From: Planctomycetota bacterium
Lineage (GTDB): Bacteria; Planctomycetota; SZUA-567; H5-PLA8
Direction of reading: 5' to 3'
DNA: 64,000 nucleotides
Assembly: GCA_035628505.1 (NCBI GenBank)
Contig: DASPJR010000088.1
Location: forward strand, 30,765 to 94,764
In this document: positions 1 through 11,019 of the stretch, piece by piece
Position numbering within the stretch: the stretch's first letter is position 1
Layout of the letters: every line of letters begins with the position of its first letter
Notes under the pieces: model-generated
The model's input: only the letters and a program-made list of their open reading frames with translations
Told to the model about the DNA's origin: nothing
Database searches by the model: none
Program-made: the position numbers and the translations under genes

Positions 1-947
1 AGGATCTGACCTTCCGAAAAAACTTATTCGGAACCAATCCAGCGAACGAGTTTCTCACGTGTGGCGGCCACAACTTCGTGATGGAGAACAACACGATGAA
101 GGCCTACATCTGGGAACGGACAAATGGTTACGTATTCCGGCACAACACGTTAAAGAGCGCCGAGTACCGCGTGGGACGTGCAATGCGCTCGGGGTATGTC
201 CGCGTGCAGAACAACACGCATCAGGCTGCCGTTAGCATGCGGATGACAGCGCCTGAGGCAGACAGGGAATATTGCATCCGCGACAATGCCTGTCCTGCCG
301 GGATCAGCATGTCGGGACGGAACGTGTACGCGTTCCGCTGTCAGATCACAGGCGGGACGGTCAGCGGTAGAGCCGTGGAATGCGAGATTCTCAACACAAA
401 TACCGGCGGCGGATGGTTCGATATTCAGAACAGCCGGATCGCGGATTCCATGTTCAAGTGCAGCGGTCTGGGCGTTGCGGCGCGAATCAGCGGATCGCAG
501 ATCAGCCGGACAAAGTTCATGACGCAAGGCGCGGCGCTGGTGCTGGAAGGAAACACTGTGACAGAGGCGGAGTGCGCGGCCGGCGGCGACTGGTCGGACC
601 ACCACGAGCTGATTCTGCGGAAAAATGTTTGGACCACGAGCGCGCCGCACCTCGTTCACGTAGGCAATAGCTTTCGCAGTATCGTCCTTCATGGCAACAC
701 GATCAATGCCTCGCATCCTCAGTTTTCGGTCGTGCAGCTCGCAAATCCCGTGAAAAGCCGCCGGCAATTGGTTGAGCTACGTGAGAACCGGATGCAGGCG
801 GCAGGCGGGCTGGCCGTGAAAGCTGAGCGCGTGCCCGCACCCCCATGCGAGCTGAACGTCAACCTCATCCAAAACGAATACTCGAAGCTCGGCAGATTCA
901 GCAGCAATCTGAACGGAGCTGCCGCAGTTAAAATTACAGAAAAGTAA
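1..947 (+). CDS. Right-handed parallel beta-helix repeat protein (pectate-lyase-like), 5'-truncated by the window edge
   Basis: The frame of the tracked ORF 78..947 stays open back to position 1. The protein is rich in N/G/T/S with a periodicity typical of beta-helix coils (e.g. NVWTTSAPHLVHVGNSFRSIVLHGNTINASH). Confidence 0.45.
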   Translation, partial: DLTFRKNLFGTNPANEFLTCGGHNFVMENNTMKAYIWERTNGYVFRHNTLKSAEYRVGRAMRSGYVRVQNNTHQAAVSMRMTAPEADREYCIRDNACPAGISMSGRNVYAFRCQITGGTVSGRAVECEILNTNTGGGWFDIQNSRIADSMFKCSGLGVAARISGSQISRTKFMTQGAALVLEGNTVTEAECAAGGDWSDHHELILRKNVWTTSAPHLVHVGNSFRSIVLHGNTINASHPQFSVVQLANPVKSRRQLVELRENRMQAAGGLAVKAERVPAPPCELNVNLIQNEYSKLGRFSSNLNGAAAVKITEK

Positions 948-995
948 AACAAAGGCGGCTCGCCTGAAGCAGTTCACTGAACGGAGAGGATCAGC

Positions 996-3900
996 ATGAG
1001 CAGTCGGTCGTGTAAACCGTTTTGCGTTTTTTCCGCCTGGGCGGTGATTGCATTGTTGACTGTTCCTGTTCTGGCACCTGCGGCGGAACCGAAGGTCTTC
1101 TTCCAAGAAAACTTTCAGAACTATCGCGACGTCGCACCGCTCTGTACTTCGGATCTCGGCATTGAGATCGGGAACGATCCGATTTGGACGCAGAGCGCCG
1201 AAGCGAACTGCCGAATGAAGTCGTCGGGATTGATTTTCAAGGAGTTCGTTCCGGCGCCAAATGCGCGCCCCAGCGTCGAACAGTATGAGGTCATGTTCAA
1301 GTTTCGCTTTCACTCCGATGCGGAACGCAAGTTTGAAGTGCGCGTCCGTCAGAGCCAGGGCGGAAAGATGGGTGAGATCGCTTTAACCATTTTCGCAACC
1401 GGCGTGAGTGTCACGGGCCATGGAATAAGCGCGTCGGTTTCCGGTCAGGCCGCGCTGCGGCTGGAGATTCCCAATCATCAGTGGCGCTGGGCAACCGTGC
1501 GGGTTCAGGACGGCACGCTTAGCGTCTTTGTAGACGAAAACCGGGTATTGAAGCCCGTCTTGAAAACAGCGTTGCCTGCCGGTCAGTTTGATGGCGTCAA
1601 CTTTTATGGGTTCAAAGATTGTCCGTTCAGCATCACCAACGTGGTTGTGCGCGAGCCCGGGCCGCTGCCGGATCATAGCGTAACGCGAATGCTCCCCGCA
1701 ACGCCATTGGAGGATCTCTCCACCTATAAGACTGGTGCGGAGCAATCGGAAGTGACTGTGCCCGCGAACGAGGTTTTCGGCGCAACCGTCAAAACTGGGC
1801 TCGAGAAAAACGCCGTTAAACTTTCAGTGAACTGGGCAGACGGCAAAAAGAGTGAGGTGACATTCACCGTCGCAGCGATTCAAGGCGAGCGGAAAATCAA
1901 GAAGGACGGCAAGGACGTCGTCGAGAGGTATCCCCTGCCGGATGCCGTCATCGAAGTTCGAGGGATTGCCAATCCAAAAGCACAGCTCAACTACCACGTT
2001 CGGCCGCTTTTGCGGCGTTATCACACCAGTTACAGTTTTACCGACGCCTATCACGACATCATCCGCGATTGGGAACTGCTGCCGAAGGCATCTGAGCACC
2101 CGGTTAAAGTCGAATGTCACCGCGTCACCGACGGGCTTCATGTGTATCTGAATGGGCGTTTCGCCGGAATGATGCATGGCGGCGGCGTGAGCAGTATCGT
2201 GTTTACGCTGGCACCGGGCGCGGCTTTGAAGGATGTGGTTTCGCGCGCGGCCGGATATGAGCCTTCCCGCTATCTGCCGCTGGATGTAGCGGCGCTTCGG
2301 AAAGCTAAAGCATTCGCCACGGCCAAAACGTCTACAGGCGCAGGTTTGGAAAATATTGAGGGTGTTCCGCTGCAGGTAGCGTCGCCAGATTACAGCGCTG
2401 ATATCGGACTCACGCGTGAAGGCCAGGGCAACTGGGCGCTGGAAGTGGATGAGTATCTGGCGCGCTCGCCGTTCGATGGACTGCTCACTGAAGTTCATTT
2501 CACCGTTCCGTCAGCCGTGTACACGAAGGCATGGGTGCTTTGCGCGGTGGATCCGGACCCTCGCAAGGATCCCGTTCTGACGACGCGGCTCGCCCACTAC
2601 GTGGAAAGCGGCGTCGGCAACAATACGCTGGCCGATACTGTTATTGCTCTGCCCCGCGGTGAGGACGAGCCGCGGCCGGGTGTGCGCAAGGTCGGCAGTG
2701 TTTCGCTTAAAGATGGCACCGAGGTCCCGCTGCACCTCGTCGAAGTGGAACTCAAGAGCGGCCAGATCGTCGACCTGCTGATGCGCAAGCCGGTACTCAA
2801 CTTTGAATTCTTCGGCAAACCATGGGAAAACTTCGAGCAGCTCGATAACACTTCAAAGCCCGATCCGCGTTCCACCAGCGCTGTGCAGGTCTTCGGTGTT
2901 ACCCTCGAAAAGTCGCCTGTCGGGCTCGAATTCATTCAGGCTCAGCCGGCCAACATTTTCCACAACGATGAAACACCAGAGACCACCGCCGTGGTACGCT
3001 CGTTCGCGCCCGCCCGCGGCAAGCTCGCGTGGTCAATCGTGAATGCCGAAGGAAAAGTGGTAGGCACAAGTTCGGCTGAGTACAGGTTCGACGAAGCCGG
3101 CAAAGAACAGCAGATCCATATCCCGCTGAAAACCGGCGAGTCCGGCTGGTTCGAGCTGCGAGTGGCGCTTTTGGATGAGGCCGGTAACAAGCTGCTGGAG
3201 CACCCCGCGCGCTTTGCCATACTCGGCAAAGACGAGCGCAAAGCGCGATACGAGTCGCCGTATGGGATCTGGTGGTTCGACGGCACACACGGTACGCCGG
3301 CGGCGCTCGAATTCGGCGGATCAGTGATGTTCAAAGCCGGCATTCGGCAAGTCGCATGGACCTCACATAAAGAGAAGGCGATGGAAAAATGGCTGCTGAC
3401 CAAGGACCAGGTCAACATGCCTTTCAAGTTCGATGATCTGAAAAATCCGGACGCCGCGATGAAGCGCGCCGAAGAAAGCATGCGCAAGTATCTCGCCGAC
3501 TATCCGCATCTGCGGGAAGTGCTCGTCTTTCACGAAAGTGGCCCCGGCAATGACCTGCCGCTTGAGCTGATCGGGATCAAGCCGACGTTAAGCGATGCGC
3601 GCATCGCGCGCGAGAAGCGCTATGCTGATCTTTTCAACCTGGCGGGACAGTTTTTCCGCGAGAAGTTCCCGCAGCTCAAGCTTGTCGTCGGCAACAACAG
3701 TTGTTCGCAAGCATGCATCGCAGCTATCTTCCGGCACGGCGGCAAGCCCGAGTACATGGACTACATCGGGATCGAAGCGCCGGCGCAGGTGTACATTCCC
3801 GAAAAACTGCAGGAGTGGGGTCTGCAGGGGCTGAACATTGCCAAAGACACGGCGAAGATCCTGACCGGCAAGGACATTCCAGCCACGGGCTGCTACGAGT

Positions 3901-5117
3901 TCACGTACCGCTCGGAACGCGACATGGGCGAGCAGCAGCAGGCTGAGTGGTACACACGTGACGTCCTGATTTCACTCGCGAACAACTTCACCCTCATCGG
4001 CCCGGGCATTCTGTTCGATTGCAGCAATGCCTACTACAATGGACTGTGGGGCGGCAGCGGACTGTTGCAGCGCGGCCCCTACGGCTATCCCAAGAAGGCG
4101 TACGTCGCGTATGCGACTCTCACGAATGTGCTCGACCAGGTGAAGTTCCGCCGGCAGATTCCGACGGGCTCTACGACCGTTTACGCGCTCGAGTTTGAAC
4201 GCGCTGATGGAAAGCACGCAGCAGCGCTGTGGGCGGCACGCGGGACAGCGGAGTTCGCCATACAATTCACCAGTGATACGCCCCTGCGGATCGTGGATAT
4301 GTATGGCCGCAGCCGCGAGGTCCAGACCAGCGACGCCAGGGTCGCCGTGAGCGGCGGCACGTCGCCCACTTACATACTCGCAGAAAAACCTGTAGCCGGT
4401 GTGACTGTCAGCGCGCGTGCTTTTCCAAAGGACGACGCGCGTGCGAAGCTTGCGCGTGTCGCCGCGGCCGTGGATCACGAAGGCCAGATAACATTGACTG
4501 CCGATAACACACTCGACACCCCGAAGGTATTCCCACTGCAGACGCCGATTCGGCAGCGCGGCGTGTTCGAGGTGCGGTCCGTGAATGATGAACAGAGAGG
4601 CGCCTGTGTGGAACTGGAACTCAAAACCGAAGCGCCAAAGGAATTGAGCAAGTACATCACTGAATATGCCACATTGAAGTTCAAGCAGCCGGCGAAGGTT
4701 ACTGGCGATCCTGCAGCCCTTGGCGTGTGGGTGAAAGGCAACTCAAACTGGGGCCGTGTGCTTTTTGAGATCGAAGATGCGGAAGGCGAAACGTGGCGGT
4801 CCATCGGCACGGGCGGCTGGGGCTGCGACGTGCTGGACTGGCCCGGAAACATCTCGGTGAACTTTGATGGCTGGAACTTTATCGCCCTGCCGCTGCGCGA
4901 TACACGGCTGTTCAATGACCACAGCCCGGGACCTGTGTCAGAGCAGTGGGTTTCGGACGGCGGGAACAAGAAGATCGATCTGCCGATCAAAGTCACCGGA
5001 CTGATCGTCGAGATGAACCGGCAGAGCCTGGATCTGCTGGATTTCAAAGCGCCCAAACCGGTAATTCGGCTGAAGGATGTCTCAGGGATTTACGAGCCGA
5101 GCACCCCAGCGAAATAA
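996..5117 (+). CDS. Large secreted hypothetical protein (1373 aa) with an N-terminal signal peptide
   Basis: ATG start preceded by GGAGAGGA. Hydrophobic N-terminus (FCVFSAWAVIALLTVPVLAPAA). Long ORF with normal codon usage. I recognise no confident family. Confidence 0.6.
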   Translation: MSSRSCKPFCVFSAWAVIALLTVPVLAPAAEPKVFFQENFQNYRDVAPLCTSDLGIEIGNDPIWTQSAEANCRMKSSGLIFKEFVPAPNARPSVEQYEVMFKFRFHSDAERKFEVRVRQSQGGKMGEIALTIFATGVSVTGHGISASVSGQAALRLEIPNHQWRWATVRVQDGTLSVFVDENRVLKPVLKTALPAGQFDGVNFYGFKDCPFSITNVVVREPGPLPDHSVTRMLPATPLEDLSTYKTGAEQSEVTVPANEVFGATVKTGLEKNAVKLSVNWADGKKSEVTFTVAAIQGERKIKKDGKDVVERYPLPDAVIEVRGIANPKAQLNYHVRPLLRRYHTSYSFTDAYHDIIRDWELLPKASEHPVKVECHRVTDGLHVYLNGRFAGMMHGGGVSSIVFTLAPGAALKDVVSRAAGYEPSRYLPLDVAALRKAKAFATAKTSTGAGLENIEGVPLQVASPDYSADIGLTREGQGNWALEVDEYLARSPFDGLLTEVHFTVPSAVYTKAWVLCAVDPDPRKDPVLTTRLAHYVESGVGNNTLADTVIALPRGEDEPRPGVRKVGSVSLKDGTEVPLHLVEVELKSGQIVDLLMRKPVLNFEFFGKPWENFEQLDNTSKPDPRSTSAVQVFGVTLEKSPVGLEFIQAQPANIFHNDETPETTAVVRSFAPARGKLAWSIVNAEGKVVGTSSAEYRFDEAGKEQQIHIPLKTGESGWFELRVALLDEAGNKLLEHPARFAILGKDERKARYESPYGIWWFDGTHGTPAALEFGGSVMFKAGIRQVAWTSHKEKAMEKWLLTKDQVNMPFKFDDLKNPDAAMKRAEESMRKYLADYPHLREVLVFHESGPGNDLPLELIGIKPTLSDARIAREKRYADLFNLAGQFFREKFPQLKLVVGNNSCSQACIAAIFRHGGKPEYMDYIGIEAPAQVYIPEKLQEWGLQGLNIAKDTAKILTGKDIPATGCYEFTYRSERDMGEQQQAEWYTRDVLISLANNFTLIGPGILFDCSNAYYNGLWGGSGLLQRGPYGYPKKAYVAYATLTNVLDQVKFRRQIPTGSTTVYALEFERADGKHAAALWAARGTAEFAIQFTSDTPLRIVDMYGRSREVQTSDARVAVSGGTSPTYILAEKPVAGVTVSARAFPKDDARAKLARVAAAVDHEGQITLTADNTLDTPKVFPLQTPIRQRGVFEVRSVNDEQRGACVELELKTEAPKELSKYITEYATLKFKQPAKVTGDPAALGVWVKGNSNWGRVLFEIEDAEGETWRSIGTGGWGCDVLDWPGNISVNFDGWNFIALPLRDTRLFNDHSPGPVSEQWVSDGGNKKIDLPIKVTGLIVEMNRQSLDLLDFKAPKPVIRLKDVSGIYEPSTPAK

Positions 5118-5224
5118 GCCATACTCCCCTCCGTAAATCTGCGAAGGACTCGGAGCAATGCGCGTTAGGCAACCAGTAAGTGTGCTACGCGCGTGACATT
5201 CACCGCCCGAGGTCTTCTATTGCC

Positions 5225-6529
5225 TTATTGCAGAGCCGCTGCGACCGCTGCCAGCGAACGTTCAACGTCCTCGTCAGTATGCGCGGCTGACACGAACCAG
5301 GTGCCTTCGGGGATGGTGCGTACACCTCGATTATGCAGAGCCTCCCAGAACCGTTCGTGTGCAGGCACGTCGCGCTTCAAAAAGGAACGGTAGTCGGTCA
5401 CTGCTTCGCATTCACCGAATGAGACGTTGAATGCCGGCGGAACTCCGCGCACAGAAACCGCCCTGCCCGCCTGCTGAGCGAGTTCTTCGATCCCTTTCAT
5501 CAGCGCTCTGCCCTGCTTATTGATATGACGATAAATATGACCCTCGCCGGCCTCGAGCATCTCCAGTGCGGCCTTACAGGCCGCCAGACAGAGCGGGTTG
5601 CTGTTGTAGGTGCCGGCGTGAACGGTTGCCAGCGTGGCGATCTCGTCCATGAGAGCGGCCTTGCCAGCCAGTACGCTCACGCAGAACCCGCCGCCCACGG
5701 CCTTGGCGAAAGTGGCGAGGTCGGGTGTGACACCGAAGTGATTCTGCGCGCCACCGATACCGAGTCTGAACCCGGTGATCACTTCATCAAAGATGAGCAC
5801 GATACCGTGGCGCGAGGTGAGTTTTCGCAGTCCTTCCAGATAACCAGGCTGCGGCAGAATGCCTCCGCTATTGCACATGAAAGGCTCGGTTATGAGCGCG
5901 GCAATATCGGCGCCATGCTCGGCTAGAACGCGTTCAACGGCGGGCAGATCGTTCCATGGGAGGACGATGACGTTGTCGGCGTCGCTCAGCGGGAGACCTT
6001 TGCTGACCGGAACCGGGCGCGGCCTTTCGCGCGGTCCAGCGTCTTCGAGTTTCGGCGCATAACTGAAGAAAACATTATCGAGCCAGCCATGATAATGACC
6101 TTCGAAACGAATGTGTTTGGTGCGACCGGTGCAGGCGCGCGCAAGACGCAGAGCCATATGCACTGCCTCGGAACCGGAGTTCGAAAAACGCACGCGTTCG
6201 GCACACGGAACATGGCGGCAGATCTTCTCAGCAACCTCGATTTCAAGTTCATGCTGGCCGGCATACATCAGCCCGCGCTCGAGCTGCCGCCGCACCGCTT
6301 CCAGAATCGGTTCAGGTGAATGCCCGAACAGCAGTGGCCCGCGCGCGAGGACGTAATCGATGTAGCGGTTGCCATCTACATCAAACAAATGAGCATCTTT
6401 GCCATGTGTATAAAACAGTGGGAACGGCTTCCAGCGTGCACGAATGTTGCTGGAGATCCCGCCTGGGATGACCTTCTTCGCGCGGGCAAGCAGCTGCTGG
6501 GAGCGTTCAAATTTCATGGGGATCCTCAC
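5225..6529 (-). CDS. Class-III pyridoxal-phosphate aminotransferase (glutamate-1-semialdehyde aminomutase-like)
   Basis: Motifs GGISSNIRA...FDEVITGFRLG...ATFAKAVGGG (PLP-lysine context) are typical of class III aminotransferases / HemL-like enzymes. Confidence 0.8.
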   Translation of the reverse strand: MRIPMKFERSQQLLARAKKVIPGGISSNIRARWKPFPLFYTHGKDAHLFDVDGNRYIDYVLARGPLLFGHSPEPILEAVRRQLERGLMYAGQHELEIEVAEKICRHVPCAERVRFSNSGSEAVHMALRLARACTGRTKHIRFEGHYHGWLDNVFFSYAPKLEDAGPRERPRPVPVSKGLPLSDADNVIVLPWNDLPAVERVLAEHGADIAALITEPFMCNSGGILPQPGYLEGLRKLTSRHGIVLIFDEVITGFRLGIGGAQNHFGVTPDLATFAKAVGGGFCVSVLAGKAALMDEIATLATVHAGTYNSNPLCLAACKAALEMLEAGEGHIYRHINKQGRALMKGIEELAQQAGRAVSVRGVPPAFNVSFGECEAVTDYRSFLKRDVPAHERFWEALHNRGVRTIPEGTWFVSAAHTDEDVERSLAAVAAALQ

Positions 6530-8045
6530 TGTGTTGAGAAGGCTTTATTGTTGGCGCCCTGGCCTGCCAGACTACACCGGAATCCAGTGGTGCGACCGGC
6601 CGGCGCACTTGCTTAAACGGCAGTGTTTCCAGGCACGCTGAACAGATTCCCGGTGCATCGACTTCGATAACTTCCCGCGCCATACCTCCGTACGCTGCGC
6701 GCCAGGCAATCGCCGACTTAACGACGATGATGTGGCACGCAAGCGGGTCAATGCCGAGCACGCGCAGTTCTTCGCTGTCGAAGGGCATCACTTTTCGTTC
6801 CCGTATGACGACTGTCACCCCACGTGCCTCGACCACAGCGGCAAGACCGGCATGCACGCGGCGCGAGGTCATGTATGAACCCTGATAGCTGAAGTCGCCC
6901 GAGCAGATGCGTCGCACCGTTCCATTGACCTGGACCGGCGCCCCGTGCAGCGAGTCGCTCGCTCCTCCCACCAGCACCGAAACATTCGCACCGATCCCAG
7001 CCTGCTGAATCGATTCCAGAGCTGCCGGATCGGCGATGGAGATTACCGCGCCGCTGGCGTCCGCATCCAGAAGCGCACGCAGCAGCGTGGTGCCGTCCCC
7101 TGGCGCACCGCCACCAATGTTGTCAGCCGAATCCACCAGCACCACGGGGAATTCGCGTGCCCGCAGAGCTTTTGCGACTGCCTCGAACGGCGGGAGCGCC
7201 TGGCTCACAAATTCGCTGCGCATGTCCCATGCCTGCTGTCCCAGCTCCGCAGCCAGAGCGGCGGCTTGCGGCGCGTTTCCATTCGTGGTGACGATGACAC
7301 TGAGACCTGCCTGCGGCACATCGGCATAAGGAAAGCCCGCCGCAAGGGTGACGTTGAGAACCCCAGGTATGCGCTCCATTGCTGCAGCGCGCCTCACCAG
7401 CTTTAACATCGGCAGACTTTCGGTGAACTGAACTTGAGGTGGAATCATCAAAGGCGGCTGCACGTAAGCTCTCACCGGCCGCATGTTGCCTAACGCGGTC
7501 TGGAATGTAAGCACGGCAACTTCGATGCCTCGGTCGTAATGGTCGGTATGCGGATAGGTCTCGTAGCCAGCGACAATGTCAATGAGATCGACAAATGTCT
7601 GGCTGATGTTGGCGTGGTAGTCGAGCACTGCGCCAATGGGAACGCGTCCGATTCTTCCGCGCAATCTGACAAGAAGATCGGATTCCACATCCAGACAGTT
7701 TTCAACCACCATGGCACCGTGGAGATCGAGCAGAATCAGATCTGGTGATAATCGCTTAATGCTCTGCACCAGCCGCGCGGAGAGTGTTTCGTATGCTTCC
7801 TTGCAAACTGTCGCAGAGGGCGTTGCCGATGCGAAAAATGCCGGAAATAGTTCAACCGAATTGCGGCGGCTCCAGTCGATGAAACCACCGAGGGGCGTGC
7901 GAGTTCCCGTAAATTGCTTCAGGATCTGCTCGCCCTCGAAGCACTCGAAATCCGCAATCGTGGTGCGACCTGCTGCAAACGCGTTCGTTTCGTGCCAGAT
8001 CCCACCAATGGCGACACGAAGAGGCTTGCGTAACGCGCTGTTCAT
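6507..8045 (-). CDS. M81-family metallopeptidase, MlrC-like (DUF1485 + MlrC C-terminal domain)
   Basis: N-terminal RVAIGGIWHETNAF motif is characteristic of MlrC/DUF1485 proteins. Length 512 aa. Overlaps neighbouring genes as in an operon. Confidence 0.7.
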   Translation of the reverse strand: MNSALRKPLRVAIGGIWHETNAFAAGRTTIADFECFEGEQILKQFTGTRTPLGGFIDWSRRNSVELFPAFFASATPSATVCKEAYETLSARLVQSIKRLSPDLILLDLHGAMVVENCLDVESDLLVRLRGRIGRVPIGAVLDYHANISQTFVDLIDIVAGYETYPHTDHYDRGIEVAVLTFQTALGNMRPVRAYVQPPLMIPPQVQFTESLPMLKLVRRAAAMERIPGVLNVTLAAGFPYADVPQAGLSVIVTTNGNAPQAAALAAELGQQAWDMRSEFVSQALPPFEAVAKALRAREFPVVLVDSADNIGGGAPGDGTTLLRALLDADASGAVISIADPAALESIQQAGIGANVSVLVGGASDSLHGAPVQVNGTVRRICSGDFSYQGSYMTSRRVHAGLAAVVEARGVTVVIRERKVMPFDSEELRVLGIDPLACHIIVVKSAIAWRAAYGGMAREVIEVDAPGICSACLETLPFKQVRRPVAPLDSGVVWQARAPTIKPSQHSEDPHEI

Positions 8046-9442
8046 TAGTGTCGCTCCGGCTGCGCTTCGGAATGAAACGTGCGTTCGGGATTAATAAACA
8101 GCCACATGGATGCGGCTAAAAGGAACGCACAGGCATAGACACCGAACATCGCGTTCCAACCGAAGGCATTGAAGATGTACGCCCCGATGATCGGCTGTGC
8201 GAAGCCACCAAGATTGCCAATCATATTGATGAAGCCGGCCGCCAGTCCAGCGTGCCGGCCGCCAATGTCCACGATGCTTGCCCAGTTGGCACTCTGGCCC
8301 ATATCGAACGCACCCGCGGCCAGGCACATCAGAAAAGCGGCCTGATAGGCAGACTCGGCCGAACGGATAAAGAACATTGCACTGCTGGCAACCAGGCAAC
8401 CGATGATGGGAAAGCACGCTCGAACCAGGCGTTTGCGGCCGGTTCGGACGACGAGCAGATCGCAAATGGTTCCGCCAACAATGCAGGCCAGTCCGCCGAC
8501 AAACAGGGGCAACGCAGCCATCCATTCGGAGTTGTGGAACTCGACGTGATGCGTGTCCTTCATGTAGCGCGGTACCCAGCTGACAAAGAAGGACCAGCCG
8601 AAGCCGCCGCAGAAATAATACAGCGCCAGACCCCAGAGACTGCGTGAGCTAAACAGCGCCACCCAGGTGCTTCTTGCAATGGAGTGGGATTCGCGCGTGC
8701 ACTCATCCGGCAGCAGTCGGCGCTCAGCAGCGTTGACTTCCTTTGATTGGGACGGGAGATCGCGGAACCAGGGATAGAAGGCAGCGCACCAGAACACACC
8801 CAGCAGCCCCGCGCCCCAAAAGCCGAAACGCCAGCTGGGCACATCACTGAGCGCGCTGAGCAGAGGCATCGAACGCAGGAACTCGCGAGCGGGTGCTGAG
8901 TCGATGTACGAGAGAACGATGCCAAACAGTATAGGCGAGAACGCTCCGCCCCAGCGTGCACACAGCCACAGCAGACCTCCGAATCGGGCGCGCTGTGCTA
9001 AGGGAACCCAGCGCGCCTGTACCGCCGCCATATTCGGGTACGCGCCGGCTTCTCCGATGCCAAAGCAAAGCCGGCAGATAAAAAGAGTGACAAAGCCGAT
9101 CGCACTGCCTGACAGAGCTGTGAAGAGAGACCAGGCTAACACGATACGCATGAGGCTGCTGCGCGGCCCGAAGCGATCACCCAGCCACCCGCCAGGGATC
9201 TCGAACATGCCATACGCAAACCAGAAAATCCCGAGCACCCAGCCCATCTGTTGATCGGTAATGTTTAAATCACGCTGAATGTCCTGCTGCGCACGGATGA
9301 TGCAGACCCGGTCGAAATACGTCAGAAAGGAGAGCGCGCAAAGAAATGCCATGACGCGGTAGCGGACGCGCGTGGGCGCCTGCATGGCTGAATCGGTAAT
9401 CAGCTCCGCGCCGGATGCATCTTTCAGTGCGCCCTGGTTCAT
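8045..9442 (-). CDS. MFS transporter
   Basis: About 12 predicted hydrophobic segments. MFS signature G-x-L-x-D-R-F-G-(P)-R (GWLGDRFGPRS). Its stop overlaps the MlrC start by 1 nt (TAATG). Confidence 0.8.
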   Translation of the reverse strand: MNQGALKDASGAELITDSAMQAPTRVRYRVMAFLCALSFLTYFDRVCIIRAQQDIQRDLNITDQQMGWVLGIFWFAYGMFEIPGGWLGDRFGPRSSLMRIVLAWSLFTALSGSAIGFVTLFICRLCFGIGEAGAYPNMAAVQARWVPLAQRARFGGLLWLCARWGGAFSPILFGIVLSYIDSAPAREFLRSMPLLSALSDVPSWRFGFWGAGLLGVFWCAAFYPWFRDLPSQSKEVNAAERRLLPDECTRESHSIARSTWVALFSSRSLWGLALYYFCGGFGWSFFVSWVPRYMKDTHHVEFHNSEWMAALPLFVGGLACIVGGTICDLLVVRTGRKRLVRACFPIIGCLVASSAMFFIRSAESAYQAAFLMCLAAGAFDMGQSANWASIVDIGGRHAGLAAGFINMIGNLGGFAQPIIGAYIFNAFGWNAMFGVYACAFLLAASMWLFINPERTFHSEAQPERH

Positions 9443-9912
9443 TCCCTGAGTCTCAAGATCATTTCGATTTCGACGCTTGAGCCGAGTGGCAAATTGGCCG
9501 TGCCGATTGCAGTACGCGCATGAATTCCCTTCTCTGGACCAAACAGATCCACGAGCAGTTGCGAGGCGCCGTTAATCACCAGATGCTGCTCTGTAAATCC
9601 GGGATCAGAATTCACGTACCCGGTTACCCGCAGAACGCGCTCGATGCGGTTCAGCGCGCCCACCGCCGCGCGAGCGTTACGCAGGCAGTTGGCCGCACAG
9701 AGAGCTGCCGCTCTCTGCGCATCCGCCAGACACGTCTGCGAAGGCACTTTTCCGGTACACATCAATCTATCACCGTCGAACGGAACGGCGCCCGAGCAGT
9801 AAACAATGCGTCCGTCGATCACGGCAGGAATCACCAGCGGCCCCGGCTTTCCATGGTAATCCAGTGGGTAACCCATGCCTTCTAGTTTCTGGTCGAGGCT
9901 GACGCTGATCAC
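9439..9912 (-). CDS. RidA/YjgF-family protein (reactive-intermediate deaminase)
   Basis: Size and motifs (IVYCSGAVP...RTAIGTANLPLGSSVEIEMI) match the RidA/L-PSP fold. Its stop overlaps the MFS start by 4 nt (ATGA). Confidence 0.8.
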   Translation of the reverse strand: MISVSLDQKLEGMGYPLDYHGKPGPLVIPAVIDGRIVYCSGAVPFDGDRLMCTGKVPSQTCLADAQRAAALCAANCLRNARAAVGALNRIERVLRVTGYVNSDPGFTEQHLVINGASQLLVDLFGPEKGIHARTAIGTANLPLGSSVEIEMILRLRE

Positions 9913-9924
9913 AGTTGACTCCAG

Positions 9925-11019
9925 TCATGCGGGCAAATGCTGCTCCAAAAAACGCAGCCAGTTGCCATGGAATATCGCATCGATTGCGTTTGAATCGTAG
10001 CCTCGCGCTTCGAGGATCGCATCCAGCTTCTGCAGATCGGCAATACTTTGCAGTTCGCGCGGCGTCTGTTCGGTGCCGAAGCCGCCATCCAGGTCACTTC
10101 CGATGGCAACATGATTGACATTTCCGGCAAGCTGGCAGATGTGATCGATATGCTCAGCGACGCTCGCCAGCGGCACGAGTTCGGGGCTGGTTTTTCCGCG
10201 TTCCCACCCCGGATGCAGCATCCATGCATCCAGGGCCACACCAATCACCGCGCCACGTTCGATCAGCAGGCGTATCTGAGCATCGTTCAGCTGTCGGTCC
10301 CCGGCCACCAGTGCGCGGCAGTTATGATGGCTGGCGAGAACTGGACCGCGAAACGCGTCAAGTGCCTGGTAGAATCCGGTGTCGCACAGATGGGTAACGT
10401 CCAGAATCATGCCCAGGCGTTCGAACTCGCGTAAAATATCGAAGCAAGCTGCGCTGAGCGGACCGTCTGTGCGCGTGCCATAAGCATACTGACTGCGCCC
10501 GTAATGTGCGGGCCCGACCGCACGTAACCCCTGGTTCCACCAATACTCGACTTGCGCCGGGGAGGTGATGGGATCGGCGCACTCCATGCTGAGTATGTAA
10601 CCGAGCGGCGCAGAAGCGTTCGCATGACTTGGCCGCCAGAAGCGCTGTAGTTCGGCCCTGGTGCGTATCTGGCGCATATAACCTTCGCTTTCCATCAGTC
10701 GGTAATAGGCCAGTTGCGCATGCGCCTGAGCGTACGCCAGCGCGGGGGTCCGCGAGTCCAAATCGGAGCGGCGCAGTTCTTTGCGGGGTAGCTGCTCGGG
10801 GCCGCCGCGCGCCAGCAGCGTCGCCAGGCACATACGTATACTGCCCCGGCGTAATTCGGGAAAGCAGACGGTGTTGCGGCCGCGACAGAGTTCATCGCTC
10901 ATGCCGGTTTCCTGCCGGCGAATCTCCGCAAGCGGCAAGGTGAGGTCACGATTGAAGAGCACGGCGCTATAAGCCAGATCCAGATGCGAATCGATAATTG
11001 GACGCGCTGCCGCACTCAT
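9925..11019 (-). CDS. Membrane dipeptidase (peptidase family M19)
   Basis: PIIDSHLDLAY N-terminal motif and overall length match M19. I chose the internal ATG at 11019 (MSAAARP...) preceded by GGAGAA, rather than the ORF-track start at 11145. Confidence 0.75.
   Translation of the reverse strand: MSAAARPIIDSHLDLAYSAVLFNRDLTLPLAEIRRQETGMSDELCRGRNTVCFPELRRGSIRMCLATLLARGGPEQLPRKELRRSDLDSRTPALAYAQAHAQLAYYRLMESEGYMRQIRTRAELQRFWRPSHANASAPLGYILSMECADPITSPAQVEYWWNQGLRAVGPAHYGRSQYAYGTRTDGPLSAACFDILREFERLGMILDVTHLCDTGFYQALDAFRGPVLASHHNCRALVAGDRQLNDAQIRLLIERGAVIGVALDAWMLHPGWERGKTSPELVPLASVAEHIDHICQLAGNVNHVAIGSDLDGGFGTEQTPRELQSIADLQKLDAILEARGYDSNAIDAIFHGNWLRFLEQHLPA

Noticed and set aside
150-767. 205-aa minus-strand ORF
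   Set aside because: Antisense to the beta-helix protein, whose reading frame stays open from the window edge.
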